From Raillietiella orientalis (Eukaryota), in assembly GCA_036172245.1 (NCBI GenBank), contig JAYWIR010000040.1:496001-560000 (forward strand): 64,000 nt of DNA. The letters run 5' to 3'. Position numbers and translations under genes: made by a program. Shown piece by piece: positions 1 through 12,600 of this stretch; position 1 is the stretch's first letter, and every line of letters starts with the position of its first letter. Under the pieces are notes generated by a model. The model saw only the letters and a program-made list of their open reading frames with translations, was not told the origin of the DNA and ran no database searches.

Positions 1-1900
1 GGAAGGCGGGGAGCGTTTCCGCGTAGAGCAGCCCTCGAGTGACGACGGTCCTTTCGCTTGTCCAGCTCGTGCCCGTCGAAAACTCCGCACCGGTTCGGGC
101 CGTGAGCGCCTGAGTTCTGCAGAGGAAGGTGGCCCTCTTGCGCCACTCCGGGACCGCCGTGCCAAGCAGGCTGACGGGGTGCCCAGCCAGTGCCCAACGG
201 GGCGCATCGAGGAGGGCGTGCTTTCCGGGGACGACATGAGGAGGGGAGTGGGGGCGGAAGAGCCCGAAGGCGGGTGCCAGACATGAGGAGGTCGGGCAAG
301 CCGGAAAAGGCGACACATGTCCTTGGCCGCGCGGCTTTTCTTCGGGGCTTTTCTCTTCGTGCCCCTGTGCATCCGTTCCTTCGCCCCATGCTCCCTTCCT
401 GTGACCCCAGCAGCATCCGCCACAAAACTGGGAGCAGAGAGCTCGCCTGCTGCGTCCGCCAGTTCCTTTGGAATGGGTCTCCACCACGCGTTTCCTGGGC
501 TACACCCAGTAGCTGGCGAGTGGAGTAGGTCCGGAACGTGCCTGGCTGCAATCGCACGGCACGCCTCGGACTCAGTTAAGTTCAACGGGAGTCTCCACGG
601 GAAAGGGGGAGGAGGAGGAGGTCGTCCCTGTTTCCCCTTAGTTGACCTCCTGGTTTTCCGCCCTTCCTGCTCGGCATACCCGTGAGTCCGCTGCGCTCTC
701 CCGGAGAGCAGTAGGCGGGACGAACGCTTGCGCAGGCGACTAGCTGCGTCCTCCACTCAGAGCCGCGCCCTCAAGGCAGGACCGGTTCGGAGGTGCGGTG
801 GGAGACGGAGGGACACAAGGATTTTCAGAAGCAGAGTGATAGCAGAGTAGGATTGGTGGCCGAGGGTCAAAAGGGCTCGTTCGGTACCTCCGCCGCCAAG
901 GGCGCCGGTGCGGGGGAAGAGACAGTCTAGGGGATCCGGAAGGTTCCCAGTTGCGTGGGAGAGATGGTGGGAACGTCGGCAGACGGGGGAGAAGGAGGGT
1001 GCTCTCGTGACCCGGAAGGCTAAGGTGGTGGGAATGTCTCTGACGCAAGGGTGCGGCGATCACACCGTTTCCCAGGAAACCTCCCTCCTCCCCCCTCGTC
1101 CTCCCATTTCCTTGTTCTCGCCGAACCCCACTATCTTGGGGGGCCTGGAGGCCGCACCCACCAGAGCCTGTCGTGGTCGGCTACGCCTGAGTGTTCCTCG
1201 CGCCTTCGCCTCTTGCCGGAGGGAAGGAAAGGGGAGGCGGTTGGGGGAGAGAGGACGGTTGGAGATGCGGCTGGCACGTGCGCGCGAGGCACAGAGGGAA
1301 TTCGCCCTCGGGACGTCCAAGGTGCCCGGAGGTGGGTGGCTGCCACTTGCTCCTGCCTTGACTTCGCTCGCCTCTCCGGCTCTGTCCCTACGTGCCGCCC
1401 TTGGGCACTGGCGCGCAGCGTCGAGCCGTTTTGCTAGCGGGTAACAACGAGGAGGGCGGGGCAGTTGGTGCTCAGGGGGGAGACGGAAGGCGTTTTTTTT
1501 TTTTTCGAGGGGCCTCGTCCGATTCTCTTGACGGACTGTCGTTAGCGGGCACGCGTGTTTCCCTCCTCCCCCCCCCCAGCTAAGGTAGGCTGCCACGGGC
1601 TCTGACCTCAGCCGTCGCCTCGGAGCTCGGGAAGAAAGGGCTGAAGCTACCAACGGTCCCCATCACTTCCTCTCCCCCTCCGGTCCCTCTCCGAGGGTTT
1701 GGATCTGGCGCTACGCTTTCCCCCTCCCATGCTGCCAGGTTGCGCGCATCCGCTGCCCGGGAAACGAAACTGGCGGCGACCACCTACTCGCTCTGACCTT
1801 CGCCTCCTCCTTCCTCACTCCTTCCTCCCCGGACGTTCCCCCGAAAGGGGAGAGGACAGCTGCCCGGAGCGTCCTGTTTCTCCCCTCACCCTTGTTCCAG

Positions 1901-2606
1901 GTGAGCGTCGGCGACTCCGTCAACACCGAGGACGAGGCCAACTCGGAGGCCGACACTAGCAGCGTGTCGAGCGCTACGAAAGGCAGCAGCGTACGCATCG
2001 GCTCTCTGCGCAGCCGCTACGCCCTCCACCCGGAGGACCTGGACAAGTACCTCTACCTGTCCGACGAGGCCACCGTGGTGGATGTGGGCAAGATCGGCTT
2101 CACCCTCCGCTACTCGGTCGCCAAGCAAGAGCTGGAGGTGTTGGTCATCGGGTGCACGAACCTGCCGGCCAAGTTCCAGAAGGGTTCAGCGGACCCCTTC
2201 GTGAAGGTGCTTCTGCTGCCGGATAAACACCCCAAATTCTGCACCAAGATCAAGAAAAACTCCCTTAACCCCGTATTTGACGAGACCTTCCGCTTTCACG
2301 TGAAGCAGAGCGCCATCGAGGAGAAGGTGCTCAAGTTCGTAGTCAGTGACTACGATCGGTTCTCGAGGCGCGTGGCCATCGGCTATGCCTGGTGCCCGCT
2401 GACGGAGGCCGGATTCCACATCGGCCTGCCGTCGGACATGAGCACTTCCGAGATCTGGAAGGACCTGACCGACAGAAAAGGCAGCTGCTGCTACTCGTCA
2501 CACCGGGGGGAGATCTGCATCTCCCTGTGCTACATGCAAGACATGGGTCAGCTCACGCTGACCGTCGTCAAGGCGAACGACCTGGGAGACGCCGACCAGG
2601 ATATCG
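1901..2606 (+). CDS. Syt15: Synaptotagmin-like (Syt15-type) gene, internal exon: linker, complete C2A domain and start of C2B. The N-terminal/TM exon(s) were not identified in the window.
   Basis: Acceptor cccttgttccag|GTG at 1900/1901, donor ATCG|gtaggt at 2606/2607 (phase 1). Translation has C2 hallmarks (GKIGFTLRY, NLPAK..GSADPFVKVLLLPD, TKIKKNSLNPVFDETFRF, SDYDRFSR, GEICISLCY). Subfamily assigned from memory of the C-terminal motif, so the symbol is less certain than the domain call. Confidence 0.9.
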
Positions 2607-5600
2607 GTAGGTGCATAGGGTTTGTGGACCCCTTCCTCGAGTGAGAGGGATTTCCCCATCTCCCTGCGCCCTGCCCGAATCGCTGCCGTTAGCAGCAGCG
2701 CCGGCCGCTGACCCCATCGAGAGGAGACCCTTCTTCTTCGATAACCTCTCCGCCCATGTGTCGTCAAGAGTAAGACGCGGAGAAGAGGGCGATTCTTCCA
2801 CCAGCTCGGAGGTGGGGCTTGCCGGGTTTCCATAGCAGCCAACTGGATCCGGAGGTGCCGGGCTCCTCGAAGGGGAAGCGAAGAATAAACCTCCGGACGG
2901 TCGGGTGCTTCGCCTCACCCCTTCCGCGTTCCTCGGACCGGCTTTCCTGAAGCCTGAGGATCACTCTCTCCGGGAGTCACAGAGCACAAAGCCACTCAGG
3001 TCCGCGGGGATAGAAGGGCTTCGGGGATTCTCGGGATCATTGGCGAGGCCGGCTGGGAAGGGTAGGCAACAGAGGTCGGCTTGGGGGAAACTCAGAAGCT
3101 GAGCCGCCTCTTACCCCGATCACGGGGACTCTGCCGCATCCCTCCGGTGCGCTCCGAACCTACGCCACTCGCCAGCTACCGGGAGGACCGCAACTCCGGT
3201 AGCCGGCGGAGAGGTGCTCGCGGCGGCGGCTTTGGGGACGTTTCGTGGGACGATTGCCCCCTTTGTTTTGCCCATGTGGCCTCCGCCTCGATCTCCCGGT
3301 GTGCTCCGGACCCACGCCCGACCTGCGCCACTCTCCGGTTGCCGAAGGGGAGCAAACGCGCGGAAAAGCGGCCAATCTCCTCTCGTTCGGGCGGACGCCA
3401 GTGACCTCGCCCGCGCCCGATGCTCTCTTGATAGAGAGAGCAAAAGAACCTCCGAAGATGCGGGGTACGCAAGAAGGGGGAAGGCGCGGAGGAAAACACC
3501 TCCCAGGAGATGGGAAAAGGATCCGCGGAGGCGGGAGGGCTGCTTGCTTGCTCGACCTTGGGCCTGGCAGGTGTGCGCGCCAACGGGTGAACTGAAGGCA
3601 GGAGAGGCGCACCTGCTGTGGAGCGCACACCCGACCGCCGCGGTCCGCGCCGTCGGTCTCGCGCCCCGATGCGGGAGAGGCGGTCCGCAGCTCGATGGGC
3701 TCCCTCGCGCCAGCATCCTCCGTTTGACGACGGTTGTCCAGCAGCAGAGGAGAGCGCGTGGGGATGGCTGCAGCTGGGAGGTGCTCCGGATGGAGGGGCT
3801 CCAGCGAGCTGAGCCTCTCGGACTGTACTCTGGCGCTGGCATCGGTCCGTTGCTCCGGCGGCTGGCAACGAGGAGGGTTGGGCAGTCGGTTGCCCAGAGG
3901 GGATACGAGATGACGGTTTTTCTTTTGCAAGGGGTCTTACCCGATTTCCTTCGGTTTCTAAGGAGCCACCTTGAGGTTCTCGTAATACTACAGGCGAGAC
4001 TTCGTTCCTCTGGATGATCCCGGAAGAATTGAAGGAGGGGCCCGCTTCCTGAAGAAAGAGATTTTCTTCACGGGGTGGAGGTGGGGTGAATGTTACTCCA
4101 GGATCCCAGCGCAAAAAAGGAACGGCTTGCCACACTTCGGCTAAAGTGGCCCAAAAAAGAAAAAAGGAAATGACTATCGAGGGTGGATTCTCGGGAGCGG
4201 TTTCAAGTACGGACACGTCCCTCTCTCTCCCTCCAGGGAAACCTTCAGGAGCAGGAGGAACGGCCGGGTTTTCATAGGTGTTTTTTCCTGGAATCCAACT
4301 TTTTAAGTAGAAACGCATCCCAATGGTCCAGACGGTCGGAGTAGAGAGTGATACAGGCGACTCAGGAGCCAAACCGAGGAGCAAAGGACGAGGACTTGAA
4401 ACGGCGCGGCATCCTGAACTGCCGGGAGCGACGGCGCTGCGATCTCCGATCTGGCAAGGTCACAAGTGAGAGAGCACTCTCTGAGGCAGGTCGGGATGTC
4501 TCTGGGATGCGTATCGGGAGGAGGCGATGCATCCGCTTTCTCGGAGCGCGGGAAGCTCGGGTAGCGCAGCGGTGCGGAGACGGGAGGGCTTCGCCACCTG
4601 CTCCACACACCATGCTACGGAAGGTCTCCACGGTGACTGCGAGGTTTCGGATCGGCGCTCCGCTCTGGACTCGGGGATGCAAACCGCGGTCCGGGGACCC
4701 CCTTGCCGTTCTCCAGGTATCGCGGAGGTGCATCGAGGTTCTTCGGCAGCATTTTCCGCTGCAGCGAGGAGCGACCGATTGAGTCCAGAATCCTCGAAAC
4801 GTTGAAGCGTGCGTTTCGCGCGCGTGAGAGGGCCGCCAGAGAGCTGCACGGATGCTGCCGACTAAAATTGACACGGCTCGTGAGAGCGTCGTTCCATTCT
4901 TGGTTGCCCGTCGCTTGGCAACGCGTGCGAATTCATCGTCCCGCCCCAATCACGCCCGAATCATCGGGAGGGCGATTATTCAGGATTACGAGCGTCCAAG
5001 AGTTTCTTGCTCCGGATGTTCATACCACTTCTTTTCGCTGGAGCTCTTTTGCCCACTGCATCTTTCCTGAAAGCCCCTGTGAAATGTTCCCCTCTCGATT
5101 CCGAAGTCCTGCCAACCTGGTGTCGCCGCGTCTTCTGCGCCGGCAAACGAAGAAGAGGAATGGTTGAACGGAAAGTTTTGTCGCAGTCGTTCGTGTGGAC
5201 CAGCATTTCGCTAAGCGGTGAAGTGTCTTGGTCACCTGGGTTACTCTTCCGGCAGGAACGCCTACGGTAGCGTGGTGCTTCGTGAGACTGCGATCCGTGT
5301 CACATGAAAGATGAACGCAATTTCCACCTTGGCTTCATCGCTGGCATATCGCATATCTGCACCGAGCCCCTCACCTCCTGCACATACAGCTGCTCACTGA
5401 ACTCTGGTGTAGGTGGTGGCTATCGAGAGCAAATGTCAGCACGTGGCCAGCATATGCCACCACATATTCCCTCCGTGTTCCACAGTTGCAGCCCCCCAAC
5501 TGTGGGAATAAGAAAAAAAAAAAACTCTCATCTCTTCTGGCTTCTGCAATTCCGTGTTTCAATTGCGCCAGCTGCTGCATGCGAGCATCAAGATGCCCTG

Positions 5601-7127
5601 CGTGGCCGTTTCTGATGCTTAACGTTTGATCAGAATCCGCTGGGGCCAATGATGGAAGGTTCGATGGTGCGGATTACAGCACTCGAATTCGTCCTCCGCC
5701 GAACCAACGTAGTACAGGAGGCACACACGCGAACAGGACCGGGGAAGCGACACTGTCCGCTTCCGTTTCCGAAGCTGGAGACCTTCCTCCTGTTGCTGAT
5801 GGTTACCGAGTCGAGAGGGAGTCTTTCCTATTTTGAACCCGATCCGCGGAACGATCGCACTACCGAAGGGAAGCGACCGCATCGTCAAGTCTCACGTCAT
5901 GCATCTTGGGGGTTTCATCTTGGATTCCATCTCGGGTCATTCTTTGTTAGCGCCTCATGGTTGCCATCCTTCATGTGCTCTGACTCGCCACAGAGGCACT
6001 ACTCTGTTGTTTCTGATGTGATCTCGGAGTCTTGGATCGCTCATGGGCGCCTCCAGAAAGGCACCGAAGCTTAGAATCTCCAAGTCGCAACTTCCCTCCT
6101 GCCTTAAAGATGTCTCAGGTGCCTGCGATTTTCTAAAGTGAGTCTGCAGCTCACAAGATACCTGCAGCGGGCTGACATCTGAAACCTCTCATGGACCTCT
6201 GATGAATGTTTCAGCAGGACAGGGGAGATGTCCCGTTAAGCCGGCAAGGGATCTCTTCCGGAGCAGCGCGGCATGAGACTTTTCTTACGGTGGCGGCAGG
6301 TTTGCCACAGGAGAAGGAAGACGTTCTCCGATCCACGGCAAAGCTTTTGTGTGCCCCAACCGACTCTATCCAGCTTCCGGAAAAAATGGACCTAGTGAGG
6401 TCACTGATTCCATGGAAAACATCACCGGGTGCTCGCTTCGCCGAATCAAAGGTGCGGCCTTCCGCGCAGACTCGGTACCACTCTGGCTGCCACTCTGAAT
6501 TCCCAGGATATCGAGAAAAGGCAAACTCCCGCCGGCCGCGACGCACCCAATACCAGGAGTGTAACGCAGAATGCAGATTCTCTCTGCATCTCTGCAAGCC
6601 AGTCGATTCGATCCTAAGAGTGCTGTTCTCTGCCAAGTTGGCAGTTCACTTTCCCTGCACACCTTGTGGTCGTCTTGGTTACGCGCGGGTTCCACACCGG
6701 TGAACGAAGGGATGTGATTCCATCTCTCCGTTTGTAATCATTACTCCACTTGCTGTTTTGAGTGCAAAGTGGAAGCTGAGTACTGCTCTTTACCTGCGCC
6801 CTTTACATCTTGCAGTACACTCCGAAAATTCCCCCAAGTGTTGCACTGGCGCGCTCGAAGTCAAACCAGTGACTGACTCGGTTTTCGGACCCCTGGGAGT
6901 CTGGTGGCTATTCCTGAGTAGCCGTCGATATCACGTCCTTCGCGGCGCTTGTAGCCGGACGCGTAGTTCGAATGGGGTCGTCTGCCGCTCCCCATTCGGA
7001 TGAAGCCCGTGCACCCTTGTTGTCGTGAGGCTGTTTCGAAAGAACCTATGTGTCTTCCTCCAAGCGTTCTCGAAACTCTCGGGATCAGTGTCCGCGTGGT
7101 GTTCGATCCTTCTGCTCTTGGCCCTCA

Positions 7128-8030
7128 TTGGCGGCCGGTGGAGCTGCAGCCTCCGCGAGTGATCCCAAGCATCGCGGGTTCGAATCCCACCCAAGGAAGA
7201 ATCGACGCCGAGAATGGGGACTGCGTTCTTGGATTCGGGTCCTCCTTGCGAGACGACGTTGGTTGGTCTTTAGGCTTTGGGTGAGGCACTGGCGGAAGCT
7301 GGAAGCCCCTCGATGCCCCCGTTGGCTGACCGGGATTGGAAGTCGACCCTTCGGAGTCCTTCTAGGAATCCAGGAGCACCAGTTCCCCTCCGTTTGTGAA
7401 AATGGAGTCATTCCCTTCCTCGAGGAGGGACCTTCCGTAGCGCACCATCGCGTACCATGGAGCTGGTTGATACCCCTCTCTGGGGGTTGCCTCTCCAGAG
7501 TGCAAGAAGAGTGCTGCTGCCTTCGGAGAGCGACCCTTCAGGAAAATTCGAAAGTGTCCCTCCGGGGTTCTCTTCACAGGAGGAGAAAAGAAAGCTCTTT
7601 TGAGGGTTCTCTCCGGAGAAGAAACGAGGAGTGATCTGACAAACCGGAGAGAATAAGGAAGAGGCTCCCTTCGGAGATAACCAGGGCGAGATTTTTTCCC
7701 ACGGAGCTCCCTACCAGACGTAAGAGGAGCGGACTCCTTCTTCCGGAGCTCTCCCTGTATTCACACTGGGTTGCCCTCTATTTTGAAGGGTCATACGCAC
7801 TCCCACGTGGCGTCGAAAAGGCTCCCGGGGTGCTTAAGGAGCTTAGTAAGCCCTACCTACGGGGGCGAACGGTTCTTCAGCACTTGGTGAGGCTCCCTGG
7901 ATTCACAGGGTTGTCCATACGGGTCGTTCCTCCAAATTGTAGTCACACGTACCCCCCATGGCGTGGAACAGTGTTAAAGAGCTTCGTGAGCTCCCAGGCG
8001 AACGGTTCTTCAGTACTTGGGGAACCCCCA
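7128..8030 (+). mobile_element. tRNA-headed SINE-like repeat, copy 1 (inside a synaptotagmin intron); 3' part tandemly duplicated
   Basis: Pol III B-box GGTTCGAATCCC at 7177-7188 after a TGGCGGCCG A-box-like start. Body (GAAAATGGAGTCATTCCCTTCCTCGAGGAGGGACCTTCCG, GGAGCTGGTTGATACCCC) is shared with 30.5-31 kb, and in part with 52.3-53.0 kb and 55.6-56.3 kb. The 3' motif GGCGAACGGTTCTTCAG(C/T)ACTTGG occurs twice (~7864, ~7997). Ends approximate. Confidence 0.7.
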
Positions 8031-9425
8031 AAAAAGGAAAAAGCTGGAAGGAAAACAGCGAAAACAGAAGAACCCCCAAATATTGGCGTCATCCTGGGCC
8101 AGTAGTAGCAATCTTCCCTGGAGATCGCTGCTGGCCTTTCTTAATAATAGTAAAAAAAATCCTTCTGCTCGTGCGACTCTCTCTGGGTCTCAGATGAGGG
8201 CTTTCCTTGACGCACACAAGGCATTTGCAAGGGGGTGGGGTGGGGCGCGGAAGGGCTCCATGCTTTCCCTTACTCAGAGAGCATACCGTGGAGACCGTTT
8301 TTAGCGTACCGGGAACCCCGAAAGAATCGGCATCCTTCCATCCCAGATCAGTTACCTCCAGGATTGACCCCGCCTTGAAGAAACCGTCCGAAAAATAAGG
8401 AAAAGGGGTGTGGGTTGGGGTGTGTGTGGGAACGATCGGCTTCCCCGTTGAGTCGGGGCTCTCAGAGTAGGGTGGGGAGCACCCCACCTCTCCTGGGAGA
8501 CAAAGGAAGCTTGCGATTCACTGCCACTATGGCCTCAAAGAGTTTGATTGCGCGCCTCGCTGTGGAATTTTTTTTACCCCCCTCTGTTGTTGAAGAAAGG
8601 ATCCAAGCGTGTGATTCCTGCCTCGTTGGTACGAAATTTCCCCCTTTTTTTTTTTTTGCCAATTCCAGGAAGGCGACTCCTTTAGCGCGTTATCACCGCG
8701 TTTATCGCCACCACTTTTATCGAGTTGAGTCAGTCGGTGCGTTCTCTCCAATTTCGCCACGTCAGCACCCGGAGAACACATCCTCGACGGATGCTTGCCT
8801 CTGTGTGGGATTCCAGGCCGGGCTACGCACGCTAGCAAATGCCATGATCTGCGGTTGAACCGTGCCTAAACAACGTTCCTGTAATTTTTTTTTTCTTTCC
8901 TCGCAGCTGCGACTGTTGTTCTTCTTATCTTGTAATAGAAATAAATTCTTCGTGATTCAGAGACAAATGGCGGGAGGCGCCAGCCGTACACTTGGAGTGG
9001 CTGGAGATTCAAAGCCTGAATGCCTTTTTCGCAGTTCCCTTCCGGGATTGTTTTTCCCTGAGGCGGCGAAACGCGCGGAAGTCCCGATGGTTTCCGAGAC
9101 GCGGGCGGTGCCTTCCCGACGGAGTCGCCCACTCCAAGGGCAACGCGAGAGTTCCTTTCGGAGGACCCAGGTGTCCCCCGAAGTGCAAGTGCGGGATATC
9201 CGCCTCGCGGGCTGAGGAGCTGAAGAATCATGCCTCCTGCCTGACGATCGTGGCTGCTGGGTCTGCACACCACGGTACGGATTCGAGAGGGAATCGCTCC
9301 GTGGCGCGTTTACGACTGGCTGCAGAAGCGATCTTCCGAGGACCGGCAAGCGCTTCCAGCATCCTTGCCGACGTCCTCTCGGAGAACTGTTTCCGCCAAG
9401 TTTTCACATTTTTTATCCGTTTCAG

Positions 9426-9605
9426 GAAGCGTGTACTGCAAAGTCACCCTGTACGAGGGGAAGAAAGTCATCAAGAGCAAAAAGACAGTGGTCCAGAGGA
9501 AGAAGAAAGATCCCGTTTTCGACGAGGATTTTACCATTCAGGTGCCTCGCTCCTATCTCATCAACATACACTGCTCGATCAACGTGTACACTAAATCGAG
9601 GATAG
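9426..9605 (+). CDS. Syt15: Synaptotagmin-like gene, C2B exon (GSVYCKVTLYEGKKVIKSKKTVVQRKKKDPVFDEDFTIQVPRSYLINIHCSINVYTKSRI)
   Basis: Acceptor ttttatccgtttcag|GA, donor ATAG|gtaaac. Phase 1-1, 180 nt, joins the previous exon in frame. Contains the C2B polybasic strand and the PVFDEDF motif. Confidence 0.9.
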   Translation, partial: EACTAKSPCTRGRKSSRAKRQWSRGRRKIPFSTRILPFRCLAPISSTYTARSTCTLNRG

Positions 9606-12600
9606 GTAAACGATCTTCTCGTGTCTTCTGCCTCTCTCTATGCTGTTGCGAAACCTTCGAGCGATCTTTCGGGAAAGACCCGATGCGTTTGAATGAGAGA
9701 GAGAAAGAAAAAGGAAACGGTCGCTGGACGTAAACCCTTCTCCACAGCTACCCCATCGCGAAGGCTGAGTGTTGCTCTCATCAAGATGAATCGCTAGAGA
9801 CGAGAGCATCGCATCAGGACGTTCCGTGAGGTTTCGATGTCGGCGCTCTTTGATTCGAGCGGATCTTTCAGTGACAGCGAGGACCAGTGAAGGGAAGAGG
9901 ACGGGTGAGACGGCGTGGTGAAGTTTCGCCATTGAGGTGATGTGCCCGAGTCTCGCAGCAGCCTGGAGTAGAGACGGTCCCATACACCACTGGTTCTTAC
10001 CGTGCTGCTCCTTGACGCGAGAAGTGGGAACCTTTAGTAGCGTGCGCGGACACGTCCGTGAACCATCCGCTGACCGCCGAGGGTCGAGAAACGCGCGCTT
10101 CCGTCATTCTCAGCAGCGGGGACCTTTCCAAGATTCGCTCCCTGACTGCTGTGTTTCGAGAGGTTCGTTCCCGACTTGCCTTCCTTAGTTCGCTACGGCC
10201 CGGCCAACTTTCTGCTGACTGAGGATCTCCTGCTGCAGTGCAGCCTGCAGCCAAGCTCTTTTGAACGAACTGCATGCAAGAAGGCGCATGCGTGAAGCCA
10301 ACTGAAAGATTTCAGCCTGCATGCGTTCAACGCATGAAAATGTACGGAGGCGTCCTTCTGTCATGCACGAAAGAGCTGAGGAAGTCCATAGACCACCGCG
10401 GAGATAGGTCTGCGAGTCACTGCGTTGCGGCCAGTTCCCATCTCGGCAGGGGTGCGATCCCAAGAACGCTCCGTGGACTGCGACGAAGAGATCAAAGCAG
10501 TCTCGGGGCTCGGTTGAATCAGTCGCCAACGGGGGGTTCCCTTATGCGGAGCCTAAAGACGCGGCGCATCTTCATGCTTTCAGCGCTTGCGCGCGCCTAC
10601 TTTGGAAAGTGAGAATCGAAAACCGGAACAGGGAAAAAGGTCAGCGTAAACGGAGGCAGGAACGCATGAAAGTACTTCTGGTATTGTAGTGGGTGGTGAG
10701 GTGAAGGTGCAGGATGAAGGAGCAAGGAATGATAAATGAGTGCATTCACCTGTCGAAAGTCTGAGGAAATATTAAGCAGCATATTAAGCGTTGCGTTGCC
10801 TAGGGTAGCATCCACACTTGGATCGACTTTCTTGCACAACGTGCTTGTAGTTCTCTAGTGTTCGTTGCAGGAGCGGCTGAGAATGTGTCAGAGCAAATTC
10901 TGCGCCTCCTCCAGACACGACAGGATAAACGGAGGGGCAATAAAACAAAATAAAAATTCCCATGAGGTCGCAGCAGCTGTCATTCCTGTTCAGTCAGCCT
11001 CTGGAAATACTTATCTTTGGATGTGTGATGAATTTGGATGGCACGGACTTTTCCCAAGGGAACTCGAAGGGTCTCCAGCATTTGCAATCGAGGGATGTTT
11101 GGGAGTAGCCTAGTGATTAGCCGGACCGACTGTGGACTACAGGCTGCAATCGGGAGACTCTAAAAAAAGAAAAAAAAAAATCACTTCAGCATTTCTAGCA
11201 TCTTCACGCTTTCGCGCCGTTTTCTTCTTGAGGGAGTCGAGGCGTCTGAAAAAGGAGAAAGGAAATCCAACGAGTGACCACCGCTTGAGCGATGGAGGAT
11301 CCACATCTGGCACTTGAAAGGCACAGTCACGTGAGACGGGTAAGGAGCGCTCCTCACGGAATTTTCGCAAAGGGGACAAACTCGGCAGGAAGAGCTCGAT
11401 AAATCCGAGGCTACATCCAAGTGTTTTCAGTAGTGGAGAGGGACGCTGAGACGTCACGAGGGAATATCTTGGATAGACTGCGGATCCTGAACGATAGGCT
11501 GGAAATCAAGGGGAAGCAACCCGGTTTTCGAACCCCCGCTCACTCAGGCGGAAGTTCTTGCAACGAATCAGAGAACAATGAAGACTGTTGAGGATCTGGA
11601 TGAACAAAAAGTGGCAAGGAGGATCAAGAAGCGAAAGAGCCTGCTTAAAAAGATCTGGGACTGCACTAGGAATGCTATCTTTGACCTTCCCACTCCCTCC
11701 CTTCCCCTCTTATTCCACTTGGCTGCTTCAAAAGAAGGGCTGGACTTGCAGCCAACATTCAAGAGTGGCTTTTGCCGGACACGTTCACCCTCCACGGGTT
11801 CGAACTCTGGAAGGTGGATTATCAATGGACCTGAAAATTAGCGGACAAGAGCGGGACGTTCGAGGAAACCGTAACGAAGCGGGATTTGTCCTCTGACTGA
11901 CCTTCCGGAACGAGCAAGGATGGCGCATGCCAGGCTGATCGTGAGGAGCTTTCCGATAAATAACAGAGGCTTCCGCGCTCTCATAGGCCTGCAGACGACC
12001 TTGGAAGTTTGATTTCTTACACTCCTGCCGTTGAAAAGAGGGAGAGAAAACTTGTAGGTGGAGGACAAGTTCTCGTCCACATGCAGGAGTAACCCAGAGG
12101 TGGCGCCTCACGCCCTCTTTGCCTCCAGACAACGGGGTTCCAGACTATAGCAACTCTGTAGAAGACTGCTCCAAAGATGTGCTCAATCCGTTCCAAAATC
12201 TCGGACTTTTCCCTCAGCGTGCTGCACGGGGAAGTGCAGATTAACGGACTGTTTTGGGGGACCGCGAAAGGCCTTGAGCTCCAAACTGCGGAAGGGCAGG
12301 AGGGCCGAATGCATCGTGTGAGGAAGCCTGGATTTCCTTTTTCTTCCTAGAAGGATACACTGGGCTCACGAGCGAAATGGGAGGGCTATGGGAGCGTTTT
12401 CAAACCGGTGCGACGAAGTGTGCTAGGAATGAGGGAGGGATTTTTAAGGAGGTCATCTCCGAGATCTCGGAAGTGCCCTCATCGATGCCTGATCACCCTG
12501 TTCCAATTACCTGCATGCCTCCAGTCAAGTGAGCGCATGACTGTGAATGGGAAGTCCCGTACCTTTCATGGACAGAATGAGACTTATTGGAATTTTTTTT

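Noticed and set aside
1..685. Upstream transmembrane exon of the synaptotagmin (ORF 317..685)
   Set aside because: Hydrophobic stretch is short and no convincing phase-0 donor links it to 1901.
3176..4384. 402-aa ORF and neighbouring 240-267 aa ORFs
   Set aside because: GC-rich synaptotagmin intron, open on both strands, Arg/Pro/Ser/Gly-rich with no domain.
7128..7195. tRNA gene (also 52351-52425 and 56200-56272)
   Set aside because: B-box is present but no convincing cloverleaf; each continues into a shared repeat body, so these are SINE heads.
11578..11841. Nested 87-aa ORF in the synaptotagmin intron (similarly 6206..6703 and 41791..42246)
   Set aside because: No homology, paralogue or splice-site support visible.
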